DNA of 64,000 nucleotides from Lama guanicoe (taxonomy: Eukaryota). Position numbers and translations under genes: made by a program. Below are positions 1-13,319 of the stretch, piece after piece (the stretch's first letter is position 1; each line of letters starts with the position of its first letter). The notes under the pieces are model-generated. The model searched no databases, was not told the DNA's origin, and worked only from the letters and a program-made list of their open reading frames with translations. The stretch spans positions 13,486,974 to 13,550,973 of the forward strand of contig MU054187.1 in assembly GCA_013239625.1 (NCBI GenBank), written 5' to 3'.

Positions 1-1324
1 TCCTCCTTTTCCCCTCGCTGTAGGACAAAAGGCAGCATACTGAATGTGGGAGGAAGGACTGATGAGGAGAGAGAGGAGAGGACAAATATGACACAGCCTC
101 TCCACACTGCAGGCTCCTAAAGCAAGCCAGGCTAGGACAGGGGAAATATGCTAAATTAGGTGAGAACCTTTCGTTTTCAGATTGAACTTTTCATTACCTA
201 AAAGTGACTGGAAGGTTTTTTGCCAATGGGCAAAGAGAAGTAAATCCTGAGTGAGTTTGTCAGACTTAAAATTGCTTTTCAGCCTGTAATTTACCAAGTT
301 CTTCAGACTGTAACAGGCATATGCCCATCTTTGAGGTCTTCAAACTAGATGAAAACAGTAAACATTCGGCACTTAAATTTCCAATTGTAAAATGGAACAG
401 ACATTCAATAGGAAGCTGAAATGCCCTAAAGAAGGAAAACATTGGCTCCTGTTAACCAATTGTGCCAACTCCACCCTCTCTTGGACTCTTGTGCTGGACA
501 CAGTTGACTTTTCTGGGTATTAAGTTCTAGCTTCTTGTATTTTCATGAATGTCTTCGTCTTCTATCCTGCAGTGATAAGACACATCACTGACCACTCTCC
601 TCTCTAGATGCAGTGAGGGAACAGCCATAAGCTCCTGCTGCATCCAAGCCTTTTAAAGAACACATTAATAAGTGAGACTGTAGCCACAGGATGACAACCA
701 AGGAGTGGACTGATCAACCAAGGTAGAATATTTTATTTAAAAATGTTGGAGGAAATGAGCTTGTATATAAAGAGAAGGGAAAGAATGAAATAATGGAATC
801 CACACTAATCATCTTTCAATTTATAAAATTAAAAAGGGAAAATTATGTGCTAACCAAGAAGACTAGCTGGGGCAGGGGTTAGAGGAAGCAAATATAAAGT
901 GAAAACACGGCCTGTTTAAGACTTTGGCTGTGCTGGTGATTGATGGCTCCCTGTCAGGAAAACACGTGAAGAGTTCTTGAACTGGATAAAATAACATTTT
1001 TTTTTTAGGGGATGAAATCAGCATTATTGTAGTCTGTTCATTTATTGGTGGTTTTTGGGGTCCCTGTGAACACTGGGTCTGGTCTGGGGCTGCTTTGGGC
1101 TCTCTGTTTATTATCATCCTCATTGCCAGTTTCTTCTTTCTGGCTCTGAGGAAGGCTAGGCCTGCTTTGTCTTCAGACCAGCCCCTACTCCTTGCCCCAG
1201 CTTGGCCTGCACGAGAAGACAAGGCAGGGCCTCTGAGTGTAGATGAGGAATAAACTCCTCCAGCCCAATGAGTCACTAGCAGATTTTGCCTATCAGATAC
1301 TGGTCAAGAAGAAAATGGTCTTCT

Positions 1325-1520
1325 TTTTTTTTTTTCTAGCTTTATTGAGATATAATTGACACATAACATGAGTTTAAGGTATACAGTGTGTTGATTTGAA
1401 ACAGTTATAAAATGCAAAATGATTTTACCACCATAGTATTAGCTACTACCTCTATCCTATCACATAGATCCTATTTCTTTTTTTTTTTTTTTGTAGTGAG
1501 AGCATTTAAGATCTCCTCTC
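1325..1520 (-). mobile_element. L1 3'-end fragment
   Basis: Poly-T then CTTTATTGAGATATAATTGACACATAAC...TTTAAGGTATACAG. Confidence 0.7.
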
Positions 1521-3519
1521 TTAGATTGGCAGGTGAGGGAAGGAGATGGAGAGAGAGCCGTTCACTATGTGCATTTTTGTGTGTTTTGGGTTTTGAACCA
1601 TGTGAATGGATTAGCCATTCAAAAATTAAAATGAAATTAAAAATAAAACTGCCCAAGGATACGTACAGACACATAAAATTTAGTCTTTCAAACTGTTCAG
1701 GTATATGGTACAGTGTTATGAACTATAATCACCATGCTGTACTTTTTATTTAATCTTCCCTTTTGGAAGACTAGTCTCTCAGTCATGAACTTCAGCTTCT
1801 GGCCCTCCTTCTGCTCTTGAGCGAACTCTTTCAGAGAACTGATGCTGTCATTCACTGTGCCCACCTGCTGGGGTAGACATGTTTTCAGGGCCTGGCTGGC
1901 CCTGAAGCTCATCCTCTGTTCCATGTGCTGCTCCATGTGATAGGTCTTAACTGAATATCTGTCAAATGAATGAATCAGCCAGCCAAGAAAGTTTAATTTT
2001 ATTTCTGGAGAAATAGTTTTTGTTGTATTTATAACAGTAATAGGATGAAGATACGTTTTAAAGTCATGTCTGTCAGTCAATTAGAAGGATTCATTGTGTG
2101 CTCATTAGAAGATAAATTATCACAGTAGTGAATTATGTTTGCCTTCAGTCTCCGTGGAACTAAAATCAGCTGAAGCATAATCAGTAGAAAAAGACCAAAG
2201 AAGAATGGCAACACAGCTGGCAGAGGCTGGACAAAGGAAAGCTCCTTTAACATCCAGTTACCATAGAAAACCAGTAGTTACTTAGAACAGTGCCTGCTGC
2301 ATACGGAGTACCCAGTGTCAGGATGATGACGATGCTCTCAGGATAACAAGATAATTTCAAGTGGTAGAGACAGTTAAGACATTAATGTCAAATCACACAC
2401 TGATGAAGTTATTTCCTTTTAAATTCAATTTCAGTTATTCTGATGATCTCCAGGAATGTTGCCAGATGGCACTAGTGTATCTTCTACACTTACTGATGTT
2501 TGATCTTTGAGCAGACCTCAAGCTCAGGGCTCAAATTTAATAGCGTGTTTTATTTTCATTGCATTTATTTTTATATTATATATATATGATATTATATTTG
2601 TATTATATATTTATATTATATATACATATATATACAGATGATACTGATTTTTATTAATGGTAGTGTTTAAAGTTTTCTTTAAAGTAATATTTATTTATGT
2701 AGATAAAGCAAGTCAATTGAAGGAAAATGTGAGGTTACGAATAGAACAGGAGGTATGTAGATCAGGCAAAATCCTGATGATAGAAGGACCACTACCTGGC
2801 CACCTGATTGGCACAGATGGTCTAGAAAATAATCCTTCCTGCTTCAGATTACTGTCGGAGAGAAGGAAGCACCCACTGGAGGCTACACTACCCGTCATAT
2901 GCCTTGGCTCTCTTCCCAGCTCTCCTGCGGAGCTGGTAGTTGGATATACTCATAGAATCCTGTTCAGCAGCAGGTAGAACTCCTCCACAAAAGATGAAAC
3001 ACTTACCTCCAGTTGTGCACAGGTAAATGGTTAACAGTGGTGGCTCCGGGGAAGGCCTGGTTTGTGACATTTGCTGATTCAGTGATCTAAGTACTTCACC
3101 TTAGCTGATTCAGGCGTGGCTGTGTTTAACACATGCTGACAAAATTCCTGAAGATGTGACAATTTCCTATGGGGAGCCAGTACCAGCAGGCTCCAGCACC
3201 CCTCTGTAAGTCATCTCCAATGTAAGCATTTGATCATGGAACTACGTTTTTCCCCACGTCCATCTTTTCTTCTAAATTTTAAGCTCTATGAGAAAAGACA
3301 CTCCATCTGTCTTATTCACCATGGTAACTCCCATGCCAGGTGCAGTTCTGACACCCAGCAGATGCCTTACAAATACTTACTAGCTGATGCTTATTGGTGG
3401 ATGATCTGAGATTTTAAAAAGTTCCCACAAAGGCCCCAGTTCCTTAAATCGTCCAGATTTCTTAAGCTTAGGAAAGTTTGGTGGGTTTTGGTTTTGTTTT
3501 TGTTTTCTTGGAGCAGTAG

Positions 3520-4080
3520 ACCGGCGCGGCTCCACAGTTTCAAAGAGCAAGTGTATATTCTCCTAAGCCCGAGATGAACTGGGGCTGGAAGGAAGCAGAG
3601 CAGGGCCTACCAACTCAGGTCCCCTGGGTTCAAGGGCTCCTGCCTCCCACAGCCCGGCCCACTCGCCAGGAGTTGCCCCCATGCCACCCACCCGCCCTCC
3701 TGGTTAGTGTCATGAGGAAACTCCCCGCTGTTAGGAGAGCCTTGGCGAGTCAGGGGAGTCCGAACTGGAGGCCCTACCCCGATGACAATTGGGGGGGGGC
3801 ATTCCGGCCTGCGCCATCGGGGGTGGGGGCGGCGGGGATGGGCCGGCGCGGCAGTGCATACCGCTCCGAAAGGAGGGCTGGGGCACTGCCACTCGGGGAC
3901 CGGGAGGTGGCGCTCGGCTCGGGTGCAGGGAGGCGGTGCCGATGGCGTGGGCGCAGAATGCTAGTCCCCAGCGCTGTTTCCCAGGCCACCTGCGAGACCA
4001 CCTGCAGGACCACCTGCGCGGCCACTAGCCGTCCCTGGAGGTGGGTGGTGATAGGCTGGGGTGCGCTCAGCGTCGCAGAT
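3520..4080. promoter_or_regulatory. CpG-rich island-like element with a CTCF-like site (3900-3914) and three CACCTG E-boxes
   Basis: Sharp rise in GC and CpG content against AT-rich flanks. CCGGGAGGTGGCGCT at 3900-3914; CACCTG at 3987, 3999, 4011. Confidence 0.6.
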
Positions 4081-6189
4081 GAAGTACCAAACTTCTCTCC
4101 CCCTTTCAGTTTAGGATTGGTGACATCTCTTTCCTCTAAAAGGCAGCGACCTTCAGGGACCCGCACTTATCCTTTGGGGATGAAGGGGGTGTTACTTAAG
4201 TGGCTTAAAAGGAAACTATCCTTCGTGTTCCAGCTGTCTGCCTGTCCTGCTCCCAACTGCTGTGTGCAGAGCCTGCGCAGGACGGCAGTGTCAGCTGGGC
4301 TTCAGAGCCACGGAAGCTGGCTGAGAGGAAGTGGCCATAGACAGGACATTTCCCCCCAGCCTGGGACCCCAGCCTGGAGAAAACCTACTTATTTCCTATA
4401 GTACCTCCGGCCTGGGAACTTAAAAGTACTAGTGAAGAAACCCTACAGGCCGAGATACCTTGATTCTGTTTCCAGGGTCCTCACTAGAGGGCCGCTTACT
4501 GACCTTTATTTTAGCAAGTTACTGAACTTCTCTGGACCTTAGTTACTTCCCAAAAAAGATGGAGTTGGACCAAGTGACTGTTAAGGTCCCTTTCAGCTCT
4601 GACAATCCAAGATGCCAAGATTCTGCTTCCTGACACTATAAAAATATAACACAATCTCTTCTTTTAGGAATATTGTACACTTACAGGGAACAAGACAAAT
4701 GCCACAGGCTTGCTTCACATATGGCAAAACAAAATTAATAAAATACATATTTAAAAGATTCAGTATGTATTAAAAGCCCAAGTGCAAAGTGTTTAAAGCA
4801 TCTGACAAGGAATGGATGACAGCAATCAGATAAATAAATAAAAGGATGAACTGTGTGCCCTCTGTTTCCAAAGAGCTCTCTTTATATATAAGTTCTTTGT
4901 GTGAAAAAAAAAAAAAGGAAAAAACCTTTTACATTAAGGCATATGAATGTAAAAGATTGCAACACAAGGCAGGACCAAAATGAAGAATAGAGCAACTGAG
5001 TGTAATATAGAAGATTGAGACAAAACTATAGTTGCCCTTGGAGAAGGGAAAAAATAATGCCTTTTACATTTTCTTTGGATTATAGCTAAGACAAGGAAAC
5101 AGGCAAGAGTGATCAGGTGATTTTTTGCTGTTCTATGTCAAGACTCAAGGCAGTCCAAATATATTCATAATACCATTATTATTGACACGCAAGTCCTATT
5201 TCCTGATAAGTACTATCATTCACTGCCATCTAGTGTTAACCAGATGAATAAATTTTTTTCCATATTGTTTTTCCTAAATTCCTTTCCAGTGCTATGTATT
5301 CAGATTAAAATGAAGCATGCAAACCATCTCTCTTGAAGATCTAATCTTGTGCTGTGACGTCTGTGTCCTGAAAATTCTGTGTTTCTCTCCTGTTCCCACC
5401 CAGGCACATACTGTGGCTCATAGGCTCGGGTGATTTTCTGTTCATCTCCCCTGGCCCTCCATCACTGGTTTTAGCCCTCTTTCCATTGATTTTTCCTCCA
5501 GACCAAAATAGATGCACTAATTGTTGGGCAGAACATTTGTTGCAGAATGAGAAAGCCTATATCTCACAAATAAATTGGAGAGATGACTAAGAAAAGTGCT
5601 TCTCCATTTTTGCAAGTGAGTTTAAACTTTCACTTTAATAAAACTCCAAATCAAGGGAAGCTTCTTAACTTTATATTAAATACTTGAGTTCCAAAGGCTC
5701 TGAAATATTTTCTAAAAATCGACCAAACATTATTTAGGTAAACATCAAGTTGCTTTCATGTTTGTCTTGTTACTGTAGTAAGTCCATCTCTAAGCATAAA
5801 TACAAAGGGCCTTTATTTCAAATATCTCCAATTGCTCATATAAAATTCCTACTATAGTTGTTCTGCTCAACTTGTTAAACAAAAAAATCAACAAAATTCT
5901 AAACTTTGATGATTTAGAAATAGAATAAAAATAAAATAATTCACTCATAATGTTTAAATTTAAATCATCTATATTTATAAAACACTATCTTAAGAATGAT
6001 AATTCTATCAAGCTTCATTTTGAATAATTTGCATAATCCCTAAATAGTAGTAAAACCAAAGTATAGACAATCTAAAGTCCCATTTTATAAGAGATAAAAA
6101 CTATTGCTGTGTTCTTGGATCTTCGGAAGTAAGTTTATCGGAAGGTTGAATTAACTTCTGCAGCTAGTATGTAGGGACAGGAAAACAAA

Positions 6190-6500
6190 CTCAGCATTTG
6201 GTGAAGACATTTTATATTGATAACAGAAGACGTGTTGGAGCAGGAAAATCCCTTGTTCTGTTCACTTAGTTCATTCACTCCTTTCTTCTCTATTTCCACT
6301 TCCTGATAAAGCAGATTTATGCATTCCTGAAGATGGAGATTTTCATCCAAACCCTCTTTTATGGCTTCCTTAAGCTGTTCTCCTTTCTTCTGACATATTT
6401 GTAAGGCTGTTTTGACTGTAACCACTTGAGACTCGATTTTAATTCAACTTCTCATATCTGGAGTAAATCCTTTCTGCAAAGTCATCCATTAGTTCAGCAG
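6190..6500 (-). pseudogene. Decayed, intronless MIA2/cTAGE5-family coiled-coil fragment (retrocopy remnant)
   Basis: ELMDDFAERIYSRYEKLN*[frameshift]SQVVTVKTALQICQKKGEQLKEAIKEGLDENLHLQECINLLYQEVEIEKKGVNELSEQ resembles cTAGE5 [71 protein letters not shown] (recalled). Contains a stop and a frameshift. Confidence 0.7.
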
Positions 6501-6594
6501 TCAATGGGATTCCTTTAGTAGCTGATTACCTTGGAGGAATCGGTGCATACATTTATAGAATATGGATCTTAATCCCTAATTCACTTGAAACTGA

Positions 6595-6720
6595 TTTTGG
6601 GCTCCATGAAAGAAGGAACTATATCTGTGTTTCTCACTGCTGTTGCCCCCACACCTAGTGCAGGCCTAGGGCAGAGTAGGCACTCATAAATATCTGTTAT
6701 GTGAATGAATAAATGAAACT
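6595..6720 (+). mobile_element. L2 3' end
   Basis: CCTAGGGCAGAGTAGGCACTCATAAATATCTGTTATGTGAATGAATAAATGAA terminus. Confidence 0.65.
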
Positions 6721-9377
6721 TTCTCAGACACTTCAAAGAGCTTTCACACCTATTTCATCTTTTTCTTTGACATCAACAGGTCAAGATTTATCCCCGTTGC
6801 ATAGGTGAGGATACTGAAATCCAGTGAAGTCCCTAGTCTCTCGGACTAGGTCCTGCTCTCGTCTGGGAACCTAATTTTGGCACCTGTGCTACCCCAGCAG
6901 CTGCTACTTTCTGTTGGCTGCCCTGGCCTAGCAGGCTCTTCTCTGCTGGTTCCTTGGCAACTATGTTTTAATAACCTTTGTGGGTCACACAATTCATAAA
7001 CGTAGAGCTGGGATTAGGCTAATGGAGGTGCGATAAGATTCTCCCACAATATTTCTCCCAATGATTCATTACTACCAGTTATAGCTTGACACATTTTGAT
7101 AACTTATTTGAAAGAAAAAGGTTAATAACTCATGAATTCCTTATAGATCAAAACCCTTATCAGTGTAAAGCAGTATTTTTGTCTAATTTTATAGTTTTTC
7201 CCTTGAGTTCTTTGTGCTAAATTGATCTCATCACTCTTGTTTACATTTTACATTTACTTTTGCTCATCTTTCTGTAATACTGGTTTAGATTATTCTCTAC
7301 TAATTACATTTCTTAACCCAAATGGAGAGTATCTTGCCTTTTATATCTGTTATCAGAATTGATAGGTTTTATTTTATTTATGTTGTTAATGATTTGGGAT
7401 TTTCATGGGTCTTGATGTTCTCCCTTTTTTAAAAGCTTTTCTTATGTTGTTTGTTTTGTTTATTTTCCTCTTTATTTTAGTGTGTTCATAGATATTCTGT
7501 TTAAATTATGTTTGTGGTTACTTAATTTTTGAAAGAAATAATCTAACCTATACTTTAGTTTCAAATGTCAGGTGTGAAATAGTATCTTTAACTTTGATTT
7601 GAATAGAATTGACTCCTTGCTAGAACAATGAGTGATGTAGTATGTTTATGTAGTATGTTTACTATCCCCAGTTCACAACCCAGTTCATAACTGTGAAATG
7701 CAAACCATTTGCCTTTTTTTTATAGTTGCCTGAGCTGTCAGTGATTAATACAGAAAATATAATCTAGGTTACATAGTGCTGGCTGGGTCTTTGAAATGTA
7801 CACAGTGGAAATTTACAAAAGGGTTAGCCATTTTCCCATAAACATATGTATCTTGTGTCATATACATCCATGCTATGGTGTTCCTGATCTCTCGGAACGT
7901 TTGTTAATTAGTGAGAATTCATAGGTGTCTCTTGTTCCAAATTTGAACTCTGGCATGGTCAATTAAAAATGAGTTTTAAAACATCATAAAACAACTATCC
8001 AGTGCCCAGTAGGACCTTAGGAAACATTCTTCTCTTGGTATTTCAGCCCTGTGTTTTATTGTTCCTGTCTTATCTGGTGGAATTGTCGCACATGTCAAAT
8101 GTACTCCTCATTATGGTGAAAAATGAAACAAAAGGTGCTTTTTTTCCATTACCTTATATCCTGAAATAGCCAAAATATATACACACGGCACCAGAAGAAC
8201 AGAGAGTTTGCCTCTTTCTAACCCATTTTAAAAGTGCAGTGCAGACAGGCTAAATCCAGCTGGGAATTCTGTGGGTCACAAGTGTCATTAGCAGTGCAGA
8301 GTTGAAGACCCTGTCTGGGACTGACTCTGCAGAATATTTACATGGTAAAGTTAAGCTAGAAGTGTATTTTTGTTTGTGTTGACTTAAATCTTCTTCTTAG
8401 AAGGTTATGATAGCTACTAAATGACAAAGATTAATTTTTTGTATCAGCGATACACTCTTTGTTTAATTCAGAAGCATCTGATACTTTCATCTTAATAATA
8501 TTTTTAAGTTAGACACATAAAATTCTGTATAATAACACAAGAGCCCAAATGCATAGTCATGGTTTGCCATTTACCCATTTGATCTGTGTCATTTGAAATG
8601 TACTATTTAAACCTGATTTTACATTTCAAAAGTTATCTTCAGTAATAACTCAGTATATTCACTTATAAACAGTTCCTAGAATGTCATTTTTCAAAATATG
8701 GAGATATTTGTATATAGCCATGTGAACTTAAATTCTGCAGCCAGTTACTGTTTTCTGATACTGTGTATATATATATGTATATATATATATAAAACTATAT
8801 ATATATGTGGTATTTTCTATGATGATGGTTTCTTTAAGTATTTATTTAAAAGAAAATGTTAACAATAAATGAAAGCATTTTAAATTGTACTTATTTTTGC
8901 AGTTGCCATTCTGAGTGGTTTAATCAAAACACCCACACTGACTTCTTCCCCACTTTTTCCCGCTTGTCCTTTCCCAGCAGGTCGGGATCTGAATCTTAGG
9001 AAACGTTTTATTCAAGCAGCACAGCTGTTGCCCATCATGAAAGGCCTTCTCCATGTTTTTACTCTAGTTTCATGCTTTTCAAATTATAAACAACCTTAAA
9101 AACTAAAAATAGAACAGAATGACTCTTTTAAACAACTCAGAACTTTTTTTTTTTTTGCCCTATTTTATTTTGTTTTTAAAGTGGGTTTTGGTACCAATCT
9201 TGGGGAAAACTAGAAGCAGCAATTCAGCTTTTCACAGGTATTTCTCTCACTGAACCTCCACCCGGAAAGAACATCAGGGAAGCCCTGGGTATTATATTCA
9301 TAACAAGGAAGGCACCGTCTTTTGATGTTTCTTATTATAAATGCTAGGACTTAAAATGGCAGTATGAGACATACGTC

Positions 9378-9419
9378 AAATTTTCACAAATTTTCACAAA
9401 ATTTCACAAAATTTTCACA
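9378..9419. repeat. (AAATTTTCAC)x4 short tandem repeat
   Basis: Read directly. Confidence 0.85.
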
Positions 9420-11499
9420 GAATTCAGTTTTTTTCCCACCTTGCTTTTCTTTAGAGTTAAAATATATACTGCCTTAAAAACTACTTAAATTGAAACTGCT
9501 TTAAAAACTTAACATTTTGGAAAATTAGACCTGTCACATAGACAGTGCAGTCATACTAAGAAACTAACGTATTCCATGTTTCAAAGTTCTGTGGACTGTC
9601 ATTCATCAGTTTATGGAAACTTCCAAAATCCATGATCTGCCATTTATTAACAGTGTCATCTACCAGCTTGGGTCCAGTTCTTTTCAAGGAGTGAGTTTTC
9701 AGAGTAACGACGTGTGGTGGAAATTGCACCCATTTTTACAGGCAGTTCAGTATTGCAGTTCTCAGGACTCCCCTGGTTTCTGTAGCACACTCTGCATTTG
9801 AAAGGCAAGACCCTTCAGGCCATCATGCTGCCTGCGGGCCACTCAATTCTGCTGGGGTGAAAGAGACTTTGAGTCCCTTGCTGAAGACCGCAGTTTGGCT
9901 TACTGGTTTTTTTCCTTCACAGGACCTAACCTGTATCTCAATGGCTGGGGACATCACCTAGCATCACAGTAAACTTGGGACTTGCAGATTTATCTGGTTG
10001 TAAAAGATTTTGGGTCTTTTCTGAAAGTAGAGATGTCTGTATTCTTCATCCCGTGTTCTTGCTTTGTTTCCACGACTCTCTTTCCTCATACAGCGTCAGC
10101 TTCTTCAGAATCAGTGCTCTGTGTCTGCACAGCAGTGGTTCTCGGCTGATGTGTGCAATTTTTGCCTTTTATGAGTCAATTTGTAGACAGGAAAACAGTT
10201 GCCTTTAAGCCACCTGATTTTCCCCCCATACTTTCTTCTTTTTGTCAAAGTCCTTAAGTAGAGATTAAACTGAGGATCGTGCCTTGCCCTTGGACCACAT
10301 CTGCAGCAGGTCTTGGTGAGGTATTTGAATTTTGAAAGCAACCATTTCTCTGGGGCTATAGAAGAGTTGGTTGTGATTCTCACAGATTCCTGAGCTTCGG
10401 TATTGCTTCAAAATCAGATTGTTGCCAGCTTGTTTAGAAGGTGCAAGTGAGACCTTCCCTTCAGGTTTTGCTGGTACTGACATACTGTCCTTTCTGTCCA
10501 TAAGCCATAGCCACCCTTCTCCTCCTTCCTTTCTCCATCAATTTTTAAAAACGACTGAACACCTGATGTTACCACTGGTAACTTTCTCTTCTGAGAGTTT
10601 TCTTCCTCAATACTCATTTTTTTTTCATATTTGGTTCTAGAGAGAGGATTATATTTTCTTTAAGCTGCTAAGTACTTTTGATTCACATAAAAGTACCATT
10701 TTATACACCTGGTTGTTCTGCATTTCTATTTATTAGAAGCCTAAATACTGTAGCGTTGCAACTGCAACTGAGGTCTCCTTACATTACTACCACCATCTAC
10801 CTTTGCCCTTACAAATTACCAATAAATTTCAGTTAAAAAGGTGCAGAATCACTGTAGATTTTCCTAAGACAAAGGATCCTCCTGCAGGAAATGGAGATCT
10901 CCAGTGACATCCTCTGTTCCTGTTAAGCATCAAGTACACCTCTAGAGAGCACTGGTTTAATTGTTGACCTTAGTTGGGTTGCAGCTCTGATAGCCTAAGT
11001 GTGCTTTTGCATGCTCAGTACCTGTGGAAGTGCTCGAATCCCTTTTTTGGGGAAGTCTACAGTTAGAAATTGCAAAGGTTAGCCCGCAGCTTCCCTTCTG
11101 GGAAGGGAAGAAGCTTCAGGCAAAAGAAACTGCTTTGCCTGAAGGCATGTCAGTATCAAAGACTTGGCAGAGACTTCAGACTAGAGGGTTCTATTATAAA
11201 GAGTTCTATTGTAACAGAATGAAGTTTGGCCCATCATAAAGCCACAGAGTGAGCAGAACTGTGACAATCCTTAGAATCAGAGGGAGGTCCTCTGTCAACT
11301 GACTCTGATTACTTTTAAGGCACCATTTCCACAAGGTCATCTAGAGGTTTCCCAGCTCCTGATTCTTCTAATATCCCCGTAATGGTACTCTGGATCTTGC
11401 AGTCAAGAAGGTGCAGGGTTGCAGGGTTGGTGGCTTGATACCTGAGATTACTGGCCCCTCTCTCAGCCCTGGCCCACACGGGCTGCATGTACTGGCTAA

Positions 11500-11810
11500 T
11501 TTTTTTTTAATTGAGGTACAGCTGATTTACAATATTATGTTAGTTTCAGGTGTACAACATAGTGATTCAATATTTTTATAGGTTATACTCCACTTAAAGT
11601 GACTACAAAACAATGGCTATATTTCCCTGTGCTGTACAATTTATCTTTGTTGCTGATTTATTTTATTCATGTTAGTTTGTATCTCTTAATCCCATACTGC
11701 TGTCTTGCCTTTACCCCTTCCCTCTCCCCACTGGTAACCACTAGTTTGTTCTCTGTATCTGTGAATCTGTATCTGTTTAGTTGTATTATTTTTTAGAGTC
11801 CACTTATAAA
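11500..11810 (-). mobile_element. L1 3'UTR fragment
   Basis: Poly-T then AATTGAGGTACAGCTGATTTACAATATTATGTTAGTTTCAGGTGTACAAC...GGTAACCACTAG. Confidence 0.8.
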
Positions 11811-11849
11811 CTAGGTTTTTTTTTTTAAGTTAAACATCTCTTAGGTGTT

Positions 11850-12086
11850 CAGTTGACCTTCGTACAGTGTGGGAGGGGGTGGCATTAGGGACACTGTCCA
11901 CAGTCCAAAATCCTGGTATAGCTTATAGTCTGCCCTCCCCAGGCAGTGGTTCCTCCACATCTGTAACTCTGCATTCTCAATTCTACCAGTCTTAGATGGT
12001 GCACTACTATAATATTTACTATTGAAAAAATCCATATAGCAGTGGACCCTTGCAGTTCAAACCTGCATTGCTCCAAAGGTCAACTG
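11850..12086 (-). mobile_element. Tigger2-derived MITE (MER8-like)
   Basis: Terminal inverted repeats CAGTTGACC...GGTCAACTG followed by TA; about 237 bp. Confidence 0.8.
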
Positions 12087-13059
12087 TATTTTGTCAGGGC
12101 TGAAAGAGTCTCTTCATTTTTAGACAATGATTATTTGTTTTGGGAGGATGCAAGTAATCTCCAGACTGCCTTCAAATCTCATCACCCTTAAAAAAAAAAT
12201 CAGCCTTTAAAATCTGCAGCCTAAACACATTTAGAAGATAGAAAAAGAGCCTGGAAAATTCTAATATTTACTGATATTTATATTTAGTCTTCAGGTGGTA
12301 TGTTTTAGTTTCACCATCTTATTATATAAATCACCATCACTTGAAATAGCTTTCAGACTAGTGAAAGGACTATCTAGGTATCTATTTTAGTCATATGAAA
12401 GAAGCAATTTACCCATTTGAGCTTTTACAACTTACAGAATGTCACTCATGATCTGGTAAGATAGTGAAGTCATATCACGTGCATGAATTAAATTATATTT
12501 GGGAAATTTAGGAAACTGGGAAAAAATCTGGAATATGGCTGAATTTTTTAAGATAGTCCATATATAGTTCTTAAATTTCTCAGTTTGTATATAAAGGGAA
12601 AAATGCTTTAAATAAATGGTTATTCTTCCAGATCTTTGTAAATGATTTGCTCTTCCATAGTGACTAGTGTTTATACTGAGATATTGCCAATTCACTTTTC
12701 CAAGCATTTTACCTAACTTATTTCATCCTCAGCACAACTCTCTAAGGTATGTGCTTTTAATATCCCCCTTTAATGGAGAGTTTAGGCACATCTCTCGTTC
12801 AGGATCACACAACTAAGAAGCAGCTGGACTTGGAAATGCCTCAGGCAGCCTGACTGCATGGCCAAAGCGCTTATTTTCATTGAGCTTCTGGTGTCCCCTG
12901 TCTCCCAACCTTTAAGTGCGCTTGCCTTTGAATGTTACATCACAAACACCCACCCGGCAATCTTTCAAGGTAAAGTCCCAGAGGAAAAATGATCTTTTGT
13001 CTGATTTTTATTTCAGAGACAGTATAGCTTCATGATAGGAACACAGAATCAGGAAGAGA

Positions 13060-13245
13060 CTGGTGAGTTCACATCTCAGCAGTGTGACCCTAAACAAGTT
13101 ACTCCATCTGGAAGTGTCATGATTTCTTTCATAAAACAAGGATGTTGGTAGTAACAGTACCCACCACATATGGTTGCTTTGAGGGTCAAGTGAGATGATA
13201 CACAGCATTTGGAGCAGTGCCTGACACAGAGTAAATACTTCATAA
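13060..13245 (+). mobile_element. MIR
   Basis: TGTGACCCTAAACAAGTTACT...GAGATGATACACAGCATTTGGAGCAGTGCCTGACACAGAGTAAATACT core. Confidence 0.6.
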
Positions 13246-13319
13246 GCCTTTTTGTTTTTATTCTTATTTCATCTACTCATATCAAAATGCCTGCAATGGT
13301 TTAAAAACACACGACAGTG

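Noticed and set aside
3574..4401. 275-aa plus-strand ORF (and overlapping ORFs) as a gene
   Set aside because: It lies in GC-rich sequence where stops are rare, has low-complexity G/R/P/A composition, and shows no recognisable domain.
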